Positions 48,842-59,820 of a stretch of DNA of 64,000 bases are shown one piece after another. The stretch comes from Prevotella sp. GTDB taxonomy: Bacteria > Bacteroidota > Bacteroidia > Bacteroidales > Muribaculaceae. The stretch's first letter is position 1, and the number at the start of each line of letters is the position of its first letter. The stretch spans positions 3,791 to 67,790 of the forward strand of contig JAMPIK010000009.1 in assembly GCA_023662865.1 (NCBI GenBank). Reading direction: 5' to 3'. Below the pieces are notes generated by a model. That model saw only the letters and a list, made by a program, of their open reading frames with translations, did not search any database and was not told the origin of the DNA. Position numbers and translations under genes: made by a program.

Positions 48842-49111
48842 ATGAGTCGTTCATTAAAAAAAGGACCCTTCATTTCCGTCAAGCTTGAAAAGAAAGTAGC
48901 TGCCATGGACGAGTCCGGCAAAAAGTCCGTAATCAAGACTTGGAGCCGCGCCTCCATGATTTCTCCTGACTTCGTTGGCCACACTTTTGCAGTACACAAC
49001 GGCAATAAATTCATTCCCGTATATGTAACTGAAAACATGGTAGGTCACAAGCTCGGCGAATTTGCCCCCACTCGCAACTTCCGCGGTCATGCCGGCAACA
49101 AGAAAAAATAA
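48842..49111 (+). CDS. rpsS: 30S ribosomal protein S19
   Basis: [20 protein letters not shown]. Confidence 0.99.
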   Translation: MSRSLKKGPFISVKLEKKVAAMDESGKKSVIKTWSRASMISPDFVGHTFAVHNGNKFIPVYVTENMVGHKLGEFAPTRNFRGHAGNKKK

Positions 49112-49154
49112 GGCCCGAATCATCAAATCACGATAAAAGAAGAAACAAAATACA

Positions 49155-49559
49155 ATGGGTAAAAGAAAAAAAGAATCAGCTGAAGTAATTAAGGCTGCTC
49201 GCAAAAGCCAATACTTCGCCAAGCTGAATAATGTCCCCACTTCTCCGCGCAAAATGCGTCTGGTGGTTGACATGATTCGCGGCGTTGAAGTATTCAAGGC
49301 TCTCGGTATCCTTAAATTCTCAAATAAAGAAGCTGCGCGCCGCGTTGAGAAACTTCTCCGTTCAGCCATTGCTAACTGGGAACAGAAAAACGAGCGCAAA
49401 GCCGAGCAAGGCGAACTCGTGGTTTCTACCGTATTTGTAGACTGCGCTCCCATGCTCAAGCGTCTGCGTCCCGCACCCCAAGGTCGCGGCTACCGTATCC
49501 GCAAACGCTCCAACCACGTGACACTGTTTGTTGACTCAATAGATAACATTAACGCTTAA
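49155..49559 (+). CDS. rplV: 50S ribosomal protein L22
   Basis: [23 protein letters not shown]. Confidence 0.98.
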   Translation: MGKRKKESAEVIKAARKSQYFAKLNNVPTSPRKMRLVVDMIRGVEVFKALGILKFSNKEAARRVEKLLRSAIANWEQKNERKAEQGELVVSTVFVDCAPMLKRLRPAPQGRGYRIRKRSNHVTLFVDSIDNINA

Positions 49560-49569
49560 CTAAGACAAG

Positions 49570-50313
49570 ATGGGACAGAAAGTTAATCCTATTAGCAACC
49601 GTTTGGGTGTAATCCGCGGTTGGGACTCAAATTGGTACGGCGGCAAGAAATACGGTGATATCCTGCTCGAGGACTCCAAAATCCGCAAATACCTGCACAC
49701 CCGTCTTGCCAAAGCAAGCGTATCGCGAGTAATTATCGAACGTACCCTGAAGATGGTCACTGTGACTATCTGCACATCTCGCCCCGGTATGATTATCGGT
49801 CGCGGAGGTCAGGATGTTGACAACCTCAAAAAGGAGCTCGTTAAGCTCACCGGCAAAGATGTTCAGGTAAATGTACACGAAATCAAACGCCCCGAGCTTG
49901 ACGCCGAACTTGTTGCCGCCAACATTGCACGTCAAATCGAAAACAAAGTGGCTTACCGCCGCGCTGTCAAGAAAGCCGTGCAAGACACAATGCGCATGGG
50001 TGCCGAAGGTATCAAGGTGCAAGTTTCAGGGCGTCTGAACGGTGCTGAAATGGCTCGCTCCGAGATGTTTAAAGAAGGCCGCACTCCGCTGCACACACTT
50101 CGTGCCGACATCGACTATGCTTTGGTTGAAGCTCTCACCAAAGTTGGTATCATTGGTATCAAGGTGTGGATTTGCCGTGGCGAAGTTTATGGCAAGCGTG
50201 AACTCACTCCGCAATATACAGCTGCTGACAACAAGGGTGGCCGCCGTGACTTCGGCGGTGACCGTCGTGAAGGCCGTCGCGGAGGTTTCCGTAAAAGAAA
50301 CAACAATCGTTAA
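49570..50313 (+). CDS. rpsC: 30S ribosomal protein S3
   Basis: [27 protein letters not shown]. Confidence 0.99.
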   Translation: MGQKVNPISNRLGVIRGWDSNWYGGKKYGDILLEDSKIRKYLHTRLAKASVSRVIIERTLKMVTVTICTSRPGMIIGRGGQDVDNLKKELVKLTGKDVQVNVHEIKRPELDAELVAANIARQIENKVAYRRAVKKAVQDTMRMGAEGIKVQVSGRLNGAEMARSEMFKEGRTPLHTLRADIDYALVEALTKVGIIGIKVWICRGEVYGKRELTPQYTAADNKGGRRDFGGDRREGRRGGFRKRNNNR

Positions 50314-50332
50314 TCTGTAAATCAACAAGACA

Positions 50333-50764
<432 letters not shown>

Positions 50765-50780
50765 TCATTAGATAATCCTT

Positions 50781-50826
50781 AAAGAGTCGGAACTCTCTTG
50801 CGAGCTCCGACTCTTTTGTGTTTTTA
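50781..50826 (+). terminator. Intrinsic terminator inside the S10 operon, directly after rplP
   Basis: AAAGAGTCGGA / TCCGACTCTTT 11-bp stem plus an inner CTC/GAG pair, followed by T-GTG-TTTTT. Confidence 0.8.
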
Positions 50827-51387
50827 CACAGACAACAACGCTGAATATACCTGACAATATGCTTAAGAACAACCCCGCAGGTAAAAATTTTCTCATGCAA
50901 TTTTTTGCGAACAAGATAGTGCTTTTCAATTTCTTGTTATCGCTGATAATTGCTCTCGGCTTTTATTGGTTTCCCTACATCAGTGACGATCTGATGTTTA
51001 TCGAAAGAGCGTATGCCAACATAGATGTCCTTGCCCCCAAGCTTTTTTCGCAACCTACTCCCGAAATAATTGCTGACTATTTCGTATCTGTCGACGGGCG
51101 ACTGGCTAATACAGTGTTCATGCTGCTGTTATACCTGCCAAAATTCTTTTTCTTTCTGATTTCATGGTCTGCTCTTCTAATTTTATTCCAAATTGGAGGC
51201 AAACTCGCGTCAATAAAAAGTTTCAATGCAAATATTCTGTACACTCTGTATGTTGCGTTGTGCTTTCCATGGACAGACCAAATGTATATAGGTGTATTCC
51301 AAAGTAATTACCTTTGGTCATGTGTCGGAGCAGTGTTATTGCTTTATTTATTGCAGCATAAAAAAGTGAACGGTATAGCCTCATTTA

Positions 51388-52283
51388 GAGCTTGTTTAAA
51401 AACAAATGTGAATAAAAAAGAGCATCCAATCAAGCAATCAGGCATTTACGCTTTTGCGATTGTTTATAAGATAGTAAAAACGCAAACAAAAGTAAAGCGA
51501 TATGTATCTGACCGATTTGACCGATGCTCAAAAAGAGTTTATAAGAGGAACAATTTTGATGGACAATTGGCGTAGCAAATATGACTTTTTTCTCATACTC
51601 GATGCCATAATTTTTATTGATGTCAGTGGGTGTCACTGGCGTCTTCTCCCCAAAGAATATCCAAAGTGGCAGATAGTATATTACTATTTTCGACGATGGG
51701 GCGCTATGGACGCTTTTGCCGCACTTGAGGATGAACTCGTACAGAAGGTAAGGCTCAAACGGGGAGAGTCTGCAACGCCAACCATTGGAGCAATTGACAG
51801 TGAGAGTTCTCGTTCTGCACTTCCACGCTCTCAAAAAGGCATTGATGGCAATAAGAAAGTTAAAGGTGTGAAACGCAATATAATAACCGACAAAGATGGA
51901 GATATATTGGAGGCCACAACCACTCCAGCTAACGTACATGACTCCAAATCCGCCTACGCTTTGGTCGCTCTGCTTGTAGTTGCTTTTCCATGGATTAAGC
52001 GTATTTATGCCGACCGTGGATACAGAGGAAATTTTGTAGAGGCTGCCAAGCATGATTTCGGAATAGACGTGGAAATAACACATTCCAATTATAGCGGCAA
52101 GTTCGTCCCTGCCAAGAAAAGGTGGGTTGTAGAACGCACGTTTGCGTGGCTTGACAATTTCCGACGGCTCTGTCGAAACTACGAGGAGACGACAGCTTCG
52201 GCTAATGAAATGCTCATGGTGGCCGCTGTCGTTATCTCGCTTCGTAAACTGACTTCTGTTAACAATCATTTTTAAACAACCTC
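51388..52283 (+). mobile_element. IS5 family insertion sequence (IS1031-like subgroup), 896 bp
   Basis: 15-bp TIRs GAGCTTGTTTAAAAA / TTTTTAAACAACCTC (one mismatch); TTA target duplication at 51385-51387 and 52284-52286. Confidence 0.95.
51502..52275 (+). CDS. IS5 family DDE transposase, intact
   Basis: MYLTDLTDAQ N-domain, WRLLPKEYPKWQIVYYYF, AIDS, YADRGY, RWVVERTFAWL; stop codon lies in the right TIR. Confidence 0.95.
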   Translation: MYLTDLTDAQKEFIRGTILMDNWRSKYDFFLILDAIIFIDVSGCHWRLLPKEYPKWQIVYYYFRRWGAMDAFAALEDELVQKVRLKRGESATPTIGAIDSESSRSALPRSQKGIDGNKKVKGVKRNIITDKDGDILEATTTPANVHDSKSAYALVALLVVAFPWIKRIYADRGYRGNFVEAAKHDFGIDVEITHSNYSGKFVPAKKRWVVERTFAWLDNFRRLCRNYEETTASANEMLMVAAVVISLRKLTSVNNHF

Positions 52284-53468
52284 TTATATTCGCTTTACTG
52301 TTGGGCGCAACGAATGAGGCGATTTCCATACCATTGTTTTGTGGTATTTTCTTTGCATTGTTGTTTGTTAAGGAATATCGAAACTTTGCAAACCTCTCAG
52401 CTTGCACGGGACTGTTTATCGGCATATTATGGATACTGTTTTGCCACGATTATTTCGCCGCCCACGAATTTGAAGGCTATTTCGCCTCACGCCAATGGGT
52501 ATATCTGCCATATATATTGCCCACTCTGGTATTAGCCTGTATTGTAATAATCCGTTTGATTAAGACCAAGAAGATTGACTCGCAAACAATAATATACCTC
52601 GTAATCTCCTTAGCCTCAGTGTCAATAATGCTTAAAAGTCAATTCGGAGCAAGGGTAGGCAGTTTCTCGATAATTGTTTCAGGTATTGCACTCTTCAGCT
52701 CATTCAAAAAAGTAAATCGTGTACAAAAGAAGTATTTTTCATTGCTATGCATGTTGTTATCCGCATTTTTGATTGTACACTCGGTTACGGTAACATATCT
52801 TTGCTACAAGTCGAAAAGAATGGCTGATTATATGCTCAAGATATATGCAACCATGATTAAACGCGGTGATAAAGATACTACGTGCGTTATGAATATGACT
52901 TTGCGTGTGGATGCACCCGTAATTGCACTTCAAAAGCCTTATTTAGATTGGCTCGCGCATTATACCACGTTAAAAAGGTTTAACTATGTATATGGTAGAG
53001 CCGACAACTATAAAATCAATGTTTTCCCACAACAACTCATTATCGCACTCAATCATGAGGCATATGTCGCAATACCAGGTAATGCCGGATTGAAACGCAT
53101 CGGCAAATATCTTATAGGACCGCCATGTACTGAAAAAGTATTGACTCTTAACACCATACAAAGAGGTAAACCTCGCAAAGAAGATTACCATACCGTCAAT
53201 TTAAAATGGGGTAATGACACAATTGCATGGTATTATCCCGAACACACATCTTTAGCCACACTCATGCCGGGTTACATTGAGAAAGCCGACACATTGTGTG
53301 TTGAATAACAAACCAACTCCCGATTGAGTCGATGTCCTCGTAAAATAAGCGTCAAAATTAAGCACTCTAAGCCATAATATTGCAACATACATTAACATAA
53401 TTTAATAGAATTTAACACTAAAAAATCACCCTTAAAGCGTAAAAATAGCGTGTATCAGAGTAAGATTG

Positions 53469-53500
53469 TTTGGAAAACATGAAAAAAAGTTGTAATTTTG
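53469..53500 (+). promoter_or_regulatory. Internal promoter restarting the r-protein cluster at rpmC
   Basis: TTTG (53469-53472), 20 nt, TAATTTTG (53493-53500); leader of about 150 nt. Confidence 0.8.
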
Positions 53501-53657
53501 TGCGTTTGTTTGGCGAAACTTATGCCCGGAAGCGACAACTCTGAAAGAGTAAATGGCTGACTCTCAATTCGTTCTTGATTTTAAGGGCGATTTTGAGTTG
53601 TGTTGTATGGCGCAAGTTTTAACTGAATAAATGCGAGAAATAATAACTATTTGTATA

Positions 53658-53867
53658 ATGAAAAAGGAAGAAATCAAGGAATTAAGCATTCAAGAACTCC
53701 GCGACCGCTTAGAGGTTGCCGAGAAGGCTTATCGTGAATTGAAAGTAACGCACGCGATATCTCCTATTGACAATCCCGCAAAGATTACATTCGATCGTCG
53801 CGAGATTGCGCGTCTGAAGACCGTGTTGCGTCAGAAGGAAATGGCTGCGGCTGCAAGCAAGGCCTGA
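53658..53867 (+). CDS. rpmC: 50S ribosomal protein L29
   Basis: MKKEEIKELS, DNPAKI..RREIARLKT; start at ATG 53658. Confidence 0.96.
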   Translation: MKKEEIKELSIQELRDRLEVAEKAYRELKVTHAISPIDNPAKITFDRREIARLKTVLRQKEMAAAASKA

Positions 53868-53893
53868 ATCCCACTAAAACTTATCTGTAAGAA

Positions 53894-54151
53894 ATGGAAA
53901 AAAGACATTTAAGAAAAGAGAGAATCGGGGTGGTTTCCAGCAACAAGGGCGACAAGACCATCACTGTAGAAATCAAGTGGAAAGAGAAACACCCCATCTA
54001 TGGTAAGTTTGTCAACAAGACAAAAAAATACCATGCTCATGATGAAAAGAACGAGTGCTCTGTGGGCGACACCGTGCGCCTGATGGAAACTCGCCCTCTG
54101 AGCAAAACAAAGAGATGGAGACTAGTGGAAATAATTGAAAAAGTTAAGTAA
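53894..54151 (+). CDS. rpsQ: 30S ribosomal protein S17
   Basis: [28 protein letters not shown]. Confidence 0.99.
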   Translation: MEKRHLRKERIGVVSSNKGDKTITVEIKWKEKHPIYGKFVNKTKKYHAHDEKNECSVGDTVRLMETRPLSKTKRWRLVEIIEKVK

Positions 54152-54153
54152 CT

Positions 54154-54519
54154 ATGATACAGACTGAATCTCGATTGACAGTAGCAGATAACAGCGGCGC
54201 CAAAGAGGCCCTCTGTATCCATGTACTTGGCGGTACAGGCCGTCGTTATGCCACAGTTGGAGACATCATCGTAGTCTCTGTAAAGAGTGTTATCCCCTCT
54301 TCTGATGTTAAGAAAGGCACAGTGAGCAAAGCAGTTGTAGTTCGTACAAAGAAAGAGATACGTCGTGCCGACGGTTCTTACATTCGTTTTGACGATAACG
54401 CTTGCGTGCTTCTCAATAATGCAGGTGAGCTTCGCGGCAGCCGTATCTTCGGCCCCGTGGCTCGTGAGCTCCGCGCTACTAACATGAAAATCGTCTCCCT
54501 GGCTCCCGAAGTACTTTAA
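54154..54519 (+). CDS. rplN: 50S ribosomal protein L14
   Basis: [25 protein letters not shown]. Confidence 0.99.
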   Translation: MIQTESRLTVADNSGAKEALCIHVLGGTGRRYATVGDIIVVSVKSVIPSSDVKKGTVSKAVVVRTKKEIRRADGSYIRFDDNACVLLNNAGELRGSRIFGPVARELRATNMKIVSLAPEVL

Positions 54520-54542
54520 TCACTTAAAAGAACAAAGAAGAA

Positions 54543-54860
54543 ATGGCAAAATTCCATATAAAGAAGGGCGACAACGTTATCGTCATTGCCGGCGATGACA
54601 AAGGTCAGAAAGGACGTGTGCTCCAAGTTATCGTTAAGAAAGGACGCGCCGTGGTAGAAGGTGTCAACATGATTAAGAAAGCTACCAAACCCACAGCGCA
54701 ATATCCTCAGGGTGGCCTCATTGAGAAAGAAGCCCCGATTAATATCTCCAACCTCGCACTCATTGACCCCAAAAGTGGTAAGCCCACTCGTGTAGGTTAT
54801 CGTTTCGAGGACGGCAAGAAAGTACGTTATTCAAAAAAATCAGGAGAGGAGATTAAGTAA
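54543..54860 (+). CDS. rplX: 50S ribosomal protein L24
   Basis: [24 protein letters not shown]. Confidence 0.99.
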   Translation: MAKFHIKKGDNVIVIAGDDKGQKGRVLQVIVKKGRAVVEGVNMIKKATKPTAQYPQGGLIEKEAPINISNLALIDPKSGKPTRVGYRFEDGKKVRYSKKSGEEIK

Positions 54861-55405
54861 TGAGCACAACACTTAGCAAAGACTATAAGGAACGTATTGT
54901 TCCGGCTCTCACCAAAGAGTTTGGCTACAAGACAGTAATGCAGGTGCCTCGCCTTGAGAAGATTGTTATCAATCAGGGTCTGGGCGATGCCACTCAGGAT
55001 AAAAAACTCATCGAGACTTCCATCAACGAGATTACAGCCATCACCGGCCAGAAGGCTGTGGCTACTCTCTCACGCAAAGATATCTCAAACTTCAAGCTGC
55101 GTAAGAAAATGCCCGTAGGCGTAATGGTGACTTTGCGCAAGGATCGTATGTACGAATTCCTCGAGCGTCTCGTGCGCGTGGCTCTGCCCCGTATCCGCGA
55201 CTTCAAAGGCATCAATGCAAAGCTTGATGGCCGCGGTAACTACACACTGGGTATCACCGAGCAAATCATCTTTCCCGAGATTAACATCGACAGCGTGCCC
55301 AAACTGAACGGTATGAACATCACATTCGTGACTTCCGCCAAAACCGATGAAGAAGGTTTTGCACTGCTCAAACAGTTTGGTTTACCCTTTAAAACAGAAA
55401 AATAA
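54860..55405 (+). CDS. rplE: 50S ribosomal protein L5
   Basis: [30 protein letters not shown]. Confidence 0.99.
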   Translation: MSTTLSKDYKERIVPALTKEFGYKTVMQVPRLEKIVINQGLGDATQDKKLIETSINEITAITGQKAVATLSRKDISNFKLRKKMPVGVMVTLRKDRMYEFLERLVRVALPRIRDFKGINAKLDGRGNYTLGITEQIIFPEINIDSVPKLNGMNITFVTSAKTDEEGFALLKQFGLPFKTEK

Positions 55406-55707
55406 TGGCAAAGGAATCAATGAAGGCGCGCGAAGTAAAGCGCCAGAAAATGGTGGCTAAATATGCAGAGCGTAAAGCTGCACTCAAAAAAGCAGCCCTT
55501 GCTGATGCTGATGGCAACATTGACTACGAAGCTCTTACCAAGCTGCAGAAGCTCCCCAAAAACGCTTCTCGCGTACGTCTGCACAACCGCTGCTCAATTA
55601 CCGGCCGCCCCAAAGGTTATATGCGCCAGTTTGGTATCTCACGTATTCAATTCCGCGAGATGGCAAGCGCAGGTCTTATACCCGGTGTGAAGAAAGCAAG
55701 TTGGTAA
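55405..55707 (+). CDS. rpsN: 30S ribosomal protein S14 (long, zinc-independent type)
   Basis: [31 protein letters not shown]. Confidence 0.98.
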   Translation: MAKESMKAREVKRQKMVAKYAERKAALKKAALADADGNIDYEALTKLQKLPKNASRVRLHNRCSITGRPKGYMRQFGISRIQFREMASAGLIPGVKKASW

Positions 55708-55818
55708 TACGGCATTGAGTCCGAAGTCTTAAAAGGGACTCCCACCTAATACAAACACAGAAATCAGAGAGTATTAAATATTGTTCAGAATATCTGAATC
55801 AATTTAAACATCAAAACA

Positions 55819-56217
55819 ATGACTGATCCTATAGCAGATTATCTGACACGACTCAGGAATGCCATCAAAGCGGGTCACCGTGTAGTGGAAATCCCCGGGT
55901 CCAACCTCAAAAGAGAGATTACCAAAATCCTCTTTGAGCAGGGCTACATTCTGAATTACAAGTTTATGGAAGGTGACACACCCTCCGGTGTAATCAAGAT
56001 TGCCCTCAAGTATGATCCCATCGACAAGGTGAACGCCATCAAGGGCCTCAAACGTGTGAGCCGCCCCGGTCTTCGCCAGTACACCGGCTACAAAGATATG
56101 CCGCGCGTACTCAACGGTTTGGGTATCGCTGTCCTCTCTACATCAAGAGGTGTGATGACTAATAAAGAAGCCAAAGAACTCAAAATCGGCGGCGAAGTGT
56201 TATGCTACGTTTATTAA
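55819..56217 (+). CDS. rpsH: 30S ribosomal protein S8
   Basis: DPIADYLTRLRNA, SRPGLRQY, GGEVLCYV. Confidence 0.99.
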   Translation: MTDPIADYLTRLRNAIKAGHRVVEIPGSNLKREITKILFEQGYILNYKFMEGDTPSGVIKIALKYDPIDKVNAIKGLKRVSRPGLRQYTGYKDMPRVLNGLGIAVLSTSRGVMTNKEAKELKIGGEVLCYVY

Positions 56218-56235
56218 TAAAAAGGAGGTATTGAT

Positions 56236-56790
56236 ATGTCAAGAATTGGTAAATCACCCATTGCGATACCTGCCGGTGTAAACGTTCAGGTTAAAGATAA
56301 CACAGTAACAGTGAAAGGACCCAAAGGCGAACTTTCACAGGAGATTAATCCCGATATCAAGGTAGAAGTTGAAGACGGTCATATCGTAGTATCTCGTCCG
56401 AGTGATGATCGCGAGCACCGCGCAATGCACGGCTTGTACCGTGCCCTTATCCACAACATGGTAGTGGGTGTAAGCGAAGGCTACAAGAAGGAGATGGAGC
56501 TCGTAGGTGTCGGCTATCGTGCCACAAGCACCGGCCAGGTTCTCGAACTCGCCCTCGGCTTCTCTCATGCTATCTATATCAAACTCCCCAAGGAAATTAA
56601 AGTTGAAGCCAAGAGTGAGCGTAACAAAAATCCGCTCATCATTCTTGAAAGCGCCGACAAACAGCTCCTCGGTCAGGTATGCGCCAAGATTCGTTCACTG
56701 CGCAAGCCCGAGCCTTACAAGGGTAAAGGTATCAAGTTTGTGGGCGAAATTATTCGTCGCAAGTCCGGTAAGAGTGCAAATGCCAAATAA
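56236..56790 (+). CDS. rplF: 50S ribosomal protein L6
   Basis: MSRIGK, GPKGEL, PEPYKGKGI. Confidence 0.99.
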   Translation: MSRIGKSPIAIPAGVNVQVKDNTVTVKGPKGELSQEINPDIKVEVEDGHIVVSRPSDDREHRAMHGLYRALIHNMVVGVSEGYKKEMELVGVGYRATSTGQVLELALGFSHAIYIKLPKEIKVEAKSERNKNPLIILESADKQLLGQVCAKIRSLRKPEPYKGKGIKFVGEIIRRKSGKSANAK

Positions 56791-56807
56791 TTAAAATTTG
56801 AGAAGCA

Positions 56808-57149
56808 ATGATATCAAAGATAGCAAGAAGAAATAAAATCAAAGCACGCATCCGCGGACGTGTCCACGGCACTGCTTCACACCCCCGTATGAGTGTATTC
56901 CGCTCAAACAAGGCAATTTATGTGCAGCTCATTGATGATTTGGCGGGCAAGACACTCTGTGCAGCCGACTCAAAAGGCATTGCTGAGGGCACAAAAACCG
57001 AGATTAGCGCCAAGGTTGGCGAAAAAGTAGCTCAAAAAGCTATGGAAATGGGTATCACCGAAGTGGTTTTCGACCGAAACGGTTACCTGTTCCACGGCAG
57101 AGTAAAATCATTGGCCGATGCAGCTCGCAAGGCCGGTCTTAAATTCTAA
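56808..57149 (+). CDS. rplR: 50S ribosomal protein L18
   Basis: [24 protein letters not shown]. Confidence 0.99.
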   Translation: MISKIARRNKIKARIRGRVHGTASHPRMSVFRSNKAIYVQLIDDLAGKTLCAADSKGIAEGTKTEISAKVGEKVAQKAMEMGITEVVFDRNGYLFHGRVKSLADAARKAGLKF

Positions 57150-57157
57150 ACACAGAT

Positions 57158-57679
57158 ATGGCAACAAAGAACAACAGAGTAAAATCTACAAATGATTTGG
57201 AGCTGCAAGACCGCCTGGTAGCTATCAACCGCGTTACAAAAGTAACCAAAGGTGGCCGCGCGTTCAGCTTCGCAGCCATTGTTGTGGTAGGTAACGGCGA
57301 CGGCGTTATAGGCTGGGGCCTTGGTAAAGCCAATGAGGTAACAGCAGCTATCGCCAAAGGCGTTGAAGCAGCTAAGAAGAACCTTATCCGCGTACCCGTT
57401 CACAACGGTACAATTCCTCACGAGCAAGTTGCAAAATTCGGCGGCAGCCGCATCTTCCTCAAACCGGCTTCTACCGGTACCGGAGTAAAAGCCGGTGGTG
57501 CAATGCGTGCCGTGCTCGAGAGTGTCGGTGTAACCGACGTGCTTGCAAAGAGCAAAGGTTCTTCCAACCCTCACAACCTTGTGAAAGCTACAATCGCAGC
57601 TCTCGGAGAAATGCGCAGCCCCGCCCAAGTAGCTCAAAACCGCGGTATCTCCGTAGATAAAGTCTTTAACGGTAAATAA
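57158..57679 (+). CDS. rpsE: 30S ribosomal protein S5
   Basis: [18 protein letters not shown]. Confidence 0.99.
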   Translation: MATKNNRVKSTNDLELQDRLVAINRVTKVTKGGRAFSFAAIVVVGNGDGVIGWGLGKANEVTAAIAKGVEAAKKNLIRVPVHNGTIPHEQVAKFGGSRIFLKPASTGTGVKAGGAMRAVLESVGVTDVLAKSKGSSNPHNLVKATIAALGEMRSPAQVAQNRGISVDKVFNGK

Positions 57680-57692
57680 TTCAGTAAACACA

Positions 57693-57872
57693 ATGGCAAA
57701 AATCATAATCAAGCAAATCAAGAGCCGCATCAATGCGCCTCACGATCAGAAGGCAACTCTCGATGCCCTCGGCCTGAAGAAGATGAACCACACAGTGGAG
57801 CACGAAGACAACCCCTGCATCATGGGCATGGTAAAGAAAGTGCACCACCTTGTTGAGGTGAAAAAGGCCTGA
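57693..57872 (+). CDS. rpmD: 50S ribosomal protein L30
   Basis: Not in ORF track; MAKIIIKQIKSRINAPHDQKATLDALGLKKMNHTVEHEDNPCIMGMVKKVHHLVEVKKA. Confidence 0.97.
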   Translation: MAKIIIKQIKSRINAPHDQKATLDALGLKKMNHTVEHEDNPCIMGMVKKVHHLVEVKKA

Positions 57873-58014
57873 GTAGCCGGTGTGTTTCTGAATGTTTTAA
57901 CAACAAAGATTTAACAAATTACGAGTCCTTCGGCTTCTGCGCTCACATCAATTCTCGGCAATGAGAACACGCCGCAAGCAAAGACAGACAAAGACTCACA
58001 AAATTCAGTAACTA

Positions 58015-58467
58015 ATGAAACTCGAATTAAATAATTTGCAGCCCGCAGTAGGCTCCAACAAGGATCGCAAGAGAATAGGTCGCGGTCCGGGTAGCGGTTA
58101 CGGCGGCACATCTACACGCGGTCACAAAGGTGCCAAGTCTCGTTCAGGCTACAAACATAAAGTAGGCTTCGAGGGTGGCCAGATGCCGCTCCAGCGTCGT
58201 GTGCCCAAGTTCGGCTTCAAGAATATCAACCGTGTTGAATACAAAGCTATCAACCTTGATGTACTTGAAACACTCGCAACGGCAAAAGACCTTGCAAAGA
58301 TTACGGTAGCCGACCTGCACGCAGCCGGCCTTGTGTCAAAGAACAGCCTCGTCAAGATTCTTGCCGGTGGCAAACTGACCAAGGCATTGGAGGTTGAGGC
58401 TAATGCCTTCTCCAAGACTGCAGAAGAGGCCATTGTGGCCGCAGGTGGTTCCGTAATTAAAAAATAA
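58015..58467 (+). CDS. rplO: 50S ribosomal protein L15
   Basis: RIGRGPGSG, GFEGGQMPL. Confidence 0.99.
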   Translation: MKLELNNLQPAVGSNKDRKRIGRGPGSGYGGTSTRGHKGAKSRSGYKHKVGFEGGQMPLQRRVPKFGFKNINRVEYKAINLDVLETLATAKDLAKITVADLHAAGLVSKNSLVKILAGGKLTKALEVEANAFSKTAEEAIVAAGGSVIKK

Positions 58468-58473
58468 TAAACA

Positions 58474-59820
58474 ATGGGATTTGTAAAAACAGTAAAAAAT
58501 ATCTGGAGCGTTGAAGATTTGCGCAAGCGCATTGGTATAACTCTGCTGCTTGTAATAATCTACCGCTTCGGTTGCTATGTGGTTCTGCCCGGTATCAATC
58601 CTGATGACCTGACCAAGCTCAAAGACTTTTCATCAGAGGGCTTGATGCAGCTTCTGGATATGTTCTCCGGCGGTGCATTCTCGCAAGCATCTATCTTTGC
58701 ACTCGGTATCATGCCTTATATCACAGCCTCCATTGTGATACAATTGCTCGGCATGGTTCTGCCCTCGTTCCAGAAGATGCAGCGCGAAGGCGAGAGCGGC
58801 AGAATGAAACTAAACCAATACACACGTTGGCTCACAGTTATTATTCTGTTGTTGCAGTCTCCCGCATACTTGCTTAACCTTAAGGCTCAAATCGGTGCTG
58901 CCGGAGCCCACGAGGCCGCAGCCGCAATCGGCGGATTGAATATTGCGTTCATGACAGTTATTCTGACTGCCGGCTCAATGTTCATCATGTGGCTTGGCGA
59001 ACGCATTGACCAGAAGGGTGTTGGCAACGGTATCTCGTTCATTATCCTTATCGGTATCATTGCACGCTTGCCCGAGGCCTTCATACAGGAATTCAGCCAG
59101 CGCTTGCTCAACTCTGCAGGTGGCGGTCTGGTAATGTTCCTTGTGGAAATCGTAATTCTGCTTGCAGTGATTGCCGGTGCCGTGCTTCTTGTACAAGGTA
59201 CACGCAAAGTGCCCGTACAATACGCAAAACGCATCGTCGGCAACAAGCAGTACGGCGGTGCTCGCCAATACATTCCCCTCAAGGTTAATGCAGCCGGTGT
59301 AATGCCAATCATCTTTGCTCAGGCATTGATGTTTATCCCGATGACACTGGCAGGTTTCAGCACAGAACATACCGGCTTCCTCGGTGCTCTGACAAATATG
59401 TACGGCTTTTGGTATAACCTCATCTATTTCCTGATGATTGTTGCCTTTACTTATTTCTATACCGCCATTACAGTGAGACCATCACAAATGGCAGAGGATA
59501 TGAAGCGCAACAACGGCTTTATCCCCGGTGTAAAACCCGGCAAGCCCACAGTTGAATACTTGGACACCATCATGAGCCGTATCACACTGCCCGGTTCCAT
59601 ATTCCTGGGTATTGTGGCTATCCTGCCCGCGATTGCGTATATTTGCGGTCTTAACCGCAGCTTCGCACAATTCTTCGGTGGAACTTCACTGCTGATTCTT
59701 GTAGGTGTGATTCTTGATACACTCCGTATAGTAGAAGGTCATCTCCTGATGCGCCACTATGACGGATTAATGAAAGACGGTCGCATCAAGGGTCGTACAA
59801 CAGGCAACAGCGCATTCTAA
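58474..59820 (+). CDS. secY: Preprotein translocase subunit SecY
   Basis: SIFALGIMPYITASI, LGERI..KGVGNG, GFIPGVKPG, GGTSLLI. Confidence 0.99.
   Translation: MGFVKTVKNIWSVEDLRKRIGITLLLVIIYRFGCYVVLPGINPDDLTKLKDFSSEGLMQLLDMFSGGAFSQASIFALGIMPYITASIVIQLLGMVLPSFQKMQREGESGRMKLNQYTRWLTVIILLLQSPAYLLNLKAQIGAAGAHEAAAAIGGLNIAFMTVILTAGSMFIMWLGERIDQKGVGNGISFIILIGIIARLPEAFIQEFSQRLLNSAGGGLVMFLVEIVILLAVIAGAVLLVQGTRKVPVQYAKRIVGNKQYGGARQYIPLKVNAAGVMPIIFAQALMFIPMTLAGFSTEHTGFLGALTNMYGFWYNLIYFLMIVAFTYFYTAITVRPSQMAEDMKRNNGFIPGVKPGKPTVEYLDTIMSRITLPGSIFLGIVAILPAIAYICGLNRSFAQFFGGTSLLILVGVILDTLRIVEGHLLMRHYDGLMKDGRIKGRTTGNSAF

Larger units (their letters stand above)
50859..53308 (+). pseudogene. IS-interrupted multi-TM membrane protein gene (DUF6056-like, possible GT-C glycosyltransferase); reconstitutes to 516 aa
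   Basis: 5' part 50859-51387 joined to 3' part 52287-53308 is one frame (...KVNGIASF-I-FALLLGATNEAISIP...); motifs SDDLMF, DGRLAN, SNYLWS, GATNE; AT-rich. Confidence 0.8.

Noticed and set aside
50777-53437. CCTTAAAG at 50777-50784 and 53430-53437 as a target duplication for the whole rplP-rpmC insert
   Set aside because: An 8-mer match between two AT-rich windows is plausible by chance, and no element ends accompany it.
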